From Eledone cirrhosa (Eukaryota): 64,000 nt of DNA. The position numbers were made by a program, and so were the translations under genes. Below, piece by piece: positions 59,271 to 64,000 of this stretch. Every line of letters begins with the position of its first letter. The stretch's first letter is position 1. The stretch lies in the NCBI GenBank assembly GCA_964016885.1, contig OZ024743.1, positions 122,946,001 to 123,010,000 of the forward strand, in the 5' to 3' direction. The notes beneath the pieces are model-generated. The model ran no database searches. It had not been told where the DNA came from and was given only the letters and a program-made list of their open reading frames with translations.

Positions 59271-60046
59271 TTCCAAAAGAAAAAAAGTCCGATCAGGTTA
59301 AATTCGTAACCATGGAAACCACACGTAAAATTAGTTCATCACTAAGATACAATCCAGAATTGGCATAAAAACAAATTAAAATCCCTCGACCAGTTCTGAT
59401 TCGAGAAATATATTGAAAAAAAAAATGACTCATACAAAAACATTCTTATTATCATTGTTGCTGGTGTTGTTTATCTATGTATACTTATCTCTATTTTGGG
59501 TAGATCATTGAAGCTCCTTTGCTAAAGACCATACTAACGTTTATGAAGCTGAAATTGTAGAAAATAAGCTACAGAACCGATGCTACTGGAGCTGAGATTC
59601 TTGGACACTGCGTAATAAACAAAATAAATGAATCAAGTACCATCAACACGGGGCTTTGCTGTTGATTACACACATACATAATGGCGGTACGTCAGTTTCT
59701 TGAGTTGCCAGCCCTTGACATTTTTCTCATATATGGGTGGAACAAACATGACTTTTTAACCCTGACTCTGACTTAAATTCCTTTCTGCGTATGCTGCAGC
59801 TAAAGAAAAGGCCATGCTTACGCAACACACGTTTAGATCAAAAGATACCTGTGCTTGAAGCTGTTTTAAATGAAGAAGGATCTTGCATTGGACCAACCAC
59901 ACCACACTCTCTGAACAATGGTGACAGGTATCTAATAAGAAGTATAGGTCAACATCATTGGCTGTCATCGAGCCGTGTCTTTTACACCAGAGTTTTCCTT
60001 CTAGAATGATATCCTAACAAGAACGAGGGGATTCTATCTCCCCACG

Positions 60047-60097
<51 letters not shown>

Positions 60098-60178
60098 ACA
60101 CACACACATATATTTATATATATATATATATATAATAATAGTAATAAATGGAAAATATATCACTATAGCATCATAATT

Positions 60179-60238
60179 TATTTCGTTATATATATTTCAG
60201 GGATACTAAGTTATAGTATGCCTTCTTCAGACAAAATA
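60179..60238 (-). ncRNA. Minimal type I hammerhead ribozyme (family B relative)
   Basis: tattttgt-CTGAAGA-aggcatacta taact tagtatccct-GAAA-tatata-TA-acgaaata; compensatory changes relative to 15330-15394. Confidence 0.85.
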
Positions 60239-60904
60239 CAATATTAGATGTATACAAATGTGACATACTCATAAAATGATCGCATGCAATCAATTTAAAC
60301 TGTGTCGTGTGCAGCGAGGAAGGTTGAATCAGTAGTCATATGAAAACAGAAATGTTGCGCCGTATCTTTGGGAAGAAGCCTGAGGGTCATTTCTAAAGTA
60401 GCGTCAATGACTTACTAGGGCTTCGTAGTCAGCTGATAGTGTTCACATATACCACACATGCTCTATCTCCGCCTTTACATAGCAGTGAACCTTTGCTCCA
60501 TTCGTTGTTGAGAGGTATCAACGTTATGAAGATACTGTTGTCCATCATAGCCCTCGACAGCGTACAGTCTTCCTCCAAGGAAGCACACCTCATTACGCCC
60601 CTGGTGGTGTTCGTTAGGGCAACAATCGTTCAATGATTTGTTCGGAGGTCACACCTTTCGGTAAAATAAATCAAATCTACAACAGGTAGGGTTTGAGTTG
60701 CTAGCTCCTAGGTCCCCTTCAGCATACAAGAAGCCATTACAGGTACTGACGTGGTCGTACGGGCAGTCCACATGTTTGTGTACTAGACTGATTTGAGGTA
60801 GGAACTACCATCTCACTGTCCAATAGCATACAGTTCCAAGAACCGCAACTCCTACATTACTACGAGGTGTACTAGGGGTGACGGGGTCGTCTATCAGTAT
60901 CTGA

Positions 60905-61497
60905 AATTCTGAGTTCAAACCCCTCTGAGGGTAACTTAATCATTCAACTTTACGCGGTCGATAAAAAAAAGCCCAGTAATGTATTGAGACCGATTTAATC
61001 AACTTCCCCTACATTTCAAATTATTGGCCTTGTTTCTGAAGAAGATATTATTATTATTATTATCATTATTATCATTATTAGCGCGGTGGATTGGCAGTCG
61101 GTAGCGTGTTGGACACCATGCTTTGCAGCATAGAATTACGGCCCTTTATATTCTGAGTTCAAATACCACCGTGGTTAGATTTTCCTTTCATCCTTACGGG
61201 GTCGATAAACTAAAATACCAGTCACGCACTGAGGTCGATTTAATCAGCTTTCTCCCTGCCCCAAATTTGCTGGCCTTGTGCCAAAAGTAGAAACAATTAT
61301 TATAATTGGGGGTTTGGCAGTATCGATAGAGCGTCGGACAACATGATTAGGGACATATGGTTACGACTCTTTTCGTTCTGAATTCAAATCCTGTAAAGAT
61401 TAGCTTTACCTTTCTTTCATCCTTACGGATTCACTCGGGGAGATTTAATCGATTTTCTTCTCCCAAAATGGTTGACCTTGTCCCTAAACCAGACACC
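60905..61497 (+). mobile_element. Cluster of three SINEs (decayed ~60905-61045, clear 61081-61300, decayed ~61310-61497)
   Basis: Family A/B boxes and core separated by (ATT)n. Confidence 0.8.
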
Positions 61498-62365
61498 ATT
61501 ATTGTTATTAGTGTAAAACTATGAACATCGATCATGACAATGAAAGTTCGTAATCATACCGTTGATAAATGTAATTGGATGTCTGTCAATTTCATGATTA
61601 TCTAAGTTATTAAGTCGTGCATTAATATTACACATTAAATAATCAACAATGAATTGTTTATAATACTCTAGCCTGGTGCAACGTATCATTTATTTAGTCC
61701 ATACTTCTGAAATATCATTAGTAATTATAATGTACATTTCTCCACCGATCAGGTTGAATAATGTTTCAATCTGATCTATTGAATATCCTTGTCGTCGTAT
61801 TTTAGTTTGTGAATATACAAAGTCTATAATGAATACTTGTTGTTGGTGGCGAGCAACTACATAAATAAATATCCATTGGTAGTGAGGGGATGTTAGATAT
61901 ACGCAAAATTGGTTTCGTGTGAGATGAAGGTAATCAATTGAACTAATGATGCATGTACATATTTTAGCATCGGGATAAAAGAAGCAAACTCAAACCTATG
62001 AATTCAGAAACAAGAAAAATAAAAATATTACAAAGCATTTATTCTAACGCTTTATTGTCTAGTGCTTCGACAATCTCCTCTAGATAAAGAAGTTATAACT
62101 AAGTGTATTATATCTACTGCATATCTGGAGTAGCTAACAACACACACTAGTGATCACAAGTAGAATATAAACACATAAGCACACACAGCCTCAAACATGA
62201 CACATGAGCACATACTAAACAGAATAACAGAATATAAATATATATACGCACACTAACGAATGCGCAAACCGAGACAGGAATAAATAAATAAGACAAGAAT
62301 AAATAAATAAATAAAAGAGAATAAGAAAACATTACAGGAATACAACGGGAGGAAACATAGAACCA

Positions 62366-62407
62366 TCACTGATGGTGTCATACATGAGTGTGACGAAAGA
62401 ACTCTGA
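62366..62407 (+). ncRNA. Degenerate minimal hammerhead-like motif
   Basis: tca-CTGATGG-t-gtcatac atga gtgtgac-GAAA-gaac-TC-tga; A9 is substituted and stem I is only 3 bp. Confidence 0.45.
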
Positions 62408-63281
62408 GAAACTACATTTTTTTTACTTACATTTAGTAACTGTTGGTCAATCAATGACAAACATTGATTGCCAGCTGAATTACGTATTTATAGTATTATA
62501 AAAATATACCGAAGCGAAAACCAAACCAAACTCAGTGTTTTACTATATTTTTCTGTAAATGTTATAACAACATGTTATGTCCTTATGGATAAACGAATAC
62601 ACTGCAACAGTGTAATAATATAATCGAAACAAACGGCAATAACCACACGTAACGGAACAACAATCTTTTAAGAAGCAACAATCAATCCAACACGCTAACA
62701 CGAACTGTGAACTTGAACTCCCAGCTTTGACTATCAACACACGAACTGTGAAACTAGTACCAACTTTTCCACATACTTAGGCCACTACTATTTATATGTA
62801 GTGGTCCAGCCCATTCTCGCCAAGGATGGGGGTGGGGGGCATCGTACTCGCCCACAACACAACATAACCCTCTCCAAATATAACAATATATGTTTCAACA
62901 TTAGATTTCATATTAAAAACCTTTAAAAACAAATGCCTCTGTCACAGCAGTAACTAACAATTAAACGTATTGTGTCGACTAGTGATTACAGGAGCAGGAT
63001 CTACATAGAAATGATTGGAACATGTCCACCACTTTCATAATTTGGCTTTAGAGACACGATCACTGCTATCTGAATAGTCTTTATTTTCAAAAAGGTACGA
63101 TTGCCTGATATTATTGGAGTTATCTACTGTTATCTACTGTTTTTTTTTTGTTTTGCTTTTTAATTTTATACACAATTAGAAGGAAACTTTCCCTACTAAT
63201 TCCAACAATCTCAGTAAATCAAATGTTTTCAACCATGTATATTACATGAGACATTTCTGTCTTGTATCCACCAGAGTTTAC

Positions 63282-63389
63282 CTTTAGGTGCGAATAGAGA
63301 TTGCAGCAGCATACATTCACAGTACAAATACCACAATTTTAAAACTTTTTTGGAATTCCGATTTCTGCCACGTAATAAATCATCATTAT
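63282..63389 (-). other. Candidate 108-nt phase 1-1 internal exon of an unidentified gene
   Basis: ctctttgttttacag acceptor and aag/gtaaac donor, with an open frame [35 protein letters not shown]; no recognisable homology. Confidence 0.3.
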
Positions 63390-63500
63390 CTGTAAAACAA
63401 AGAGTCTGAGTTGGCAGTATGTACAGTACCTATTACTAGTAGGTCGGTGGTATATTTCTGTCACTATGGTGTAATTTGACTTCCCCCTTTCTTCTCTATC

Positions 63501-63623
<123 letters not shown>

Positions 63624-63624
63624 G

Positions 63625-63754
<130 letters not shown>

Positions 63755-63782
63755 TATACACATATACATATATATATGCGCG

Positions 63783-63820
<38 letters not shown>

Positions 63821-63864
63821 TATACATATATATATGCGCGTATATATATATACATACATATATA

Positions 63865-63922
<58 letters not shown>

Positions 63923-64000
63923 CATATATATACATATATATAAATATACATATATATACATATATACATATATATATACATATATATATATATATGCGTG

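Noticed and set aside
58982-59368. Poly-Leu/poly-Ser 128-aa ORF resembling a membrane protein (also the poly-Val ORF at 41786-42001)
   Set aside because: Compound trinucleotide microsatellite

Overview
AT-rich, microsatellite-saturated eukaryotic DNA that is almost entirely non-coding. It is most consistent with an octopus/coleoid cephalopod genome, inferred from the tRNA-derived SINE families and the extreme (TA)n/(CA)n density. Nearly all ORFs in the track are microsatellite translation artefacts, and no intact host gene is evident; there is one weak 108-nt exon candidate. Recognisable content: a 5'-truncated Penelope-like element (PLE; RT + GIY-YIG) at ~0.95-3.6 kb (-), a pogo/Tigger-type MITE, a mariner C-terminus, a decayed L2/CR1-type LINE tail, two R4/Dong-type LINE 3' ends in (TAA)n, a decayed Helitron helicase, and about 20 copies of a tRNA-derived Nin/Deu-domain SINE, including a tandem array. 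Two signals stand out. (1) There are several hammerhead ribozyme (HHR) motifs from different families: minimal PLE-type HHRs, a U3-A8 core variant present as an inverted pair, and one solitary full-size type I HHR with a long bulged stem I at 19910-19989. (2) Short retroelement 3' ends inserted in (TA)n tracts repeatedly occur as fold-back palindromes. The fold centre often lies in the stem just 5' of the GAAA motif, and the short arm ends at an internal TA microhomology. All structures and alignments were read by eye.
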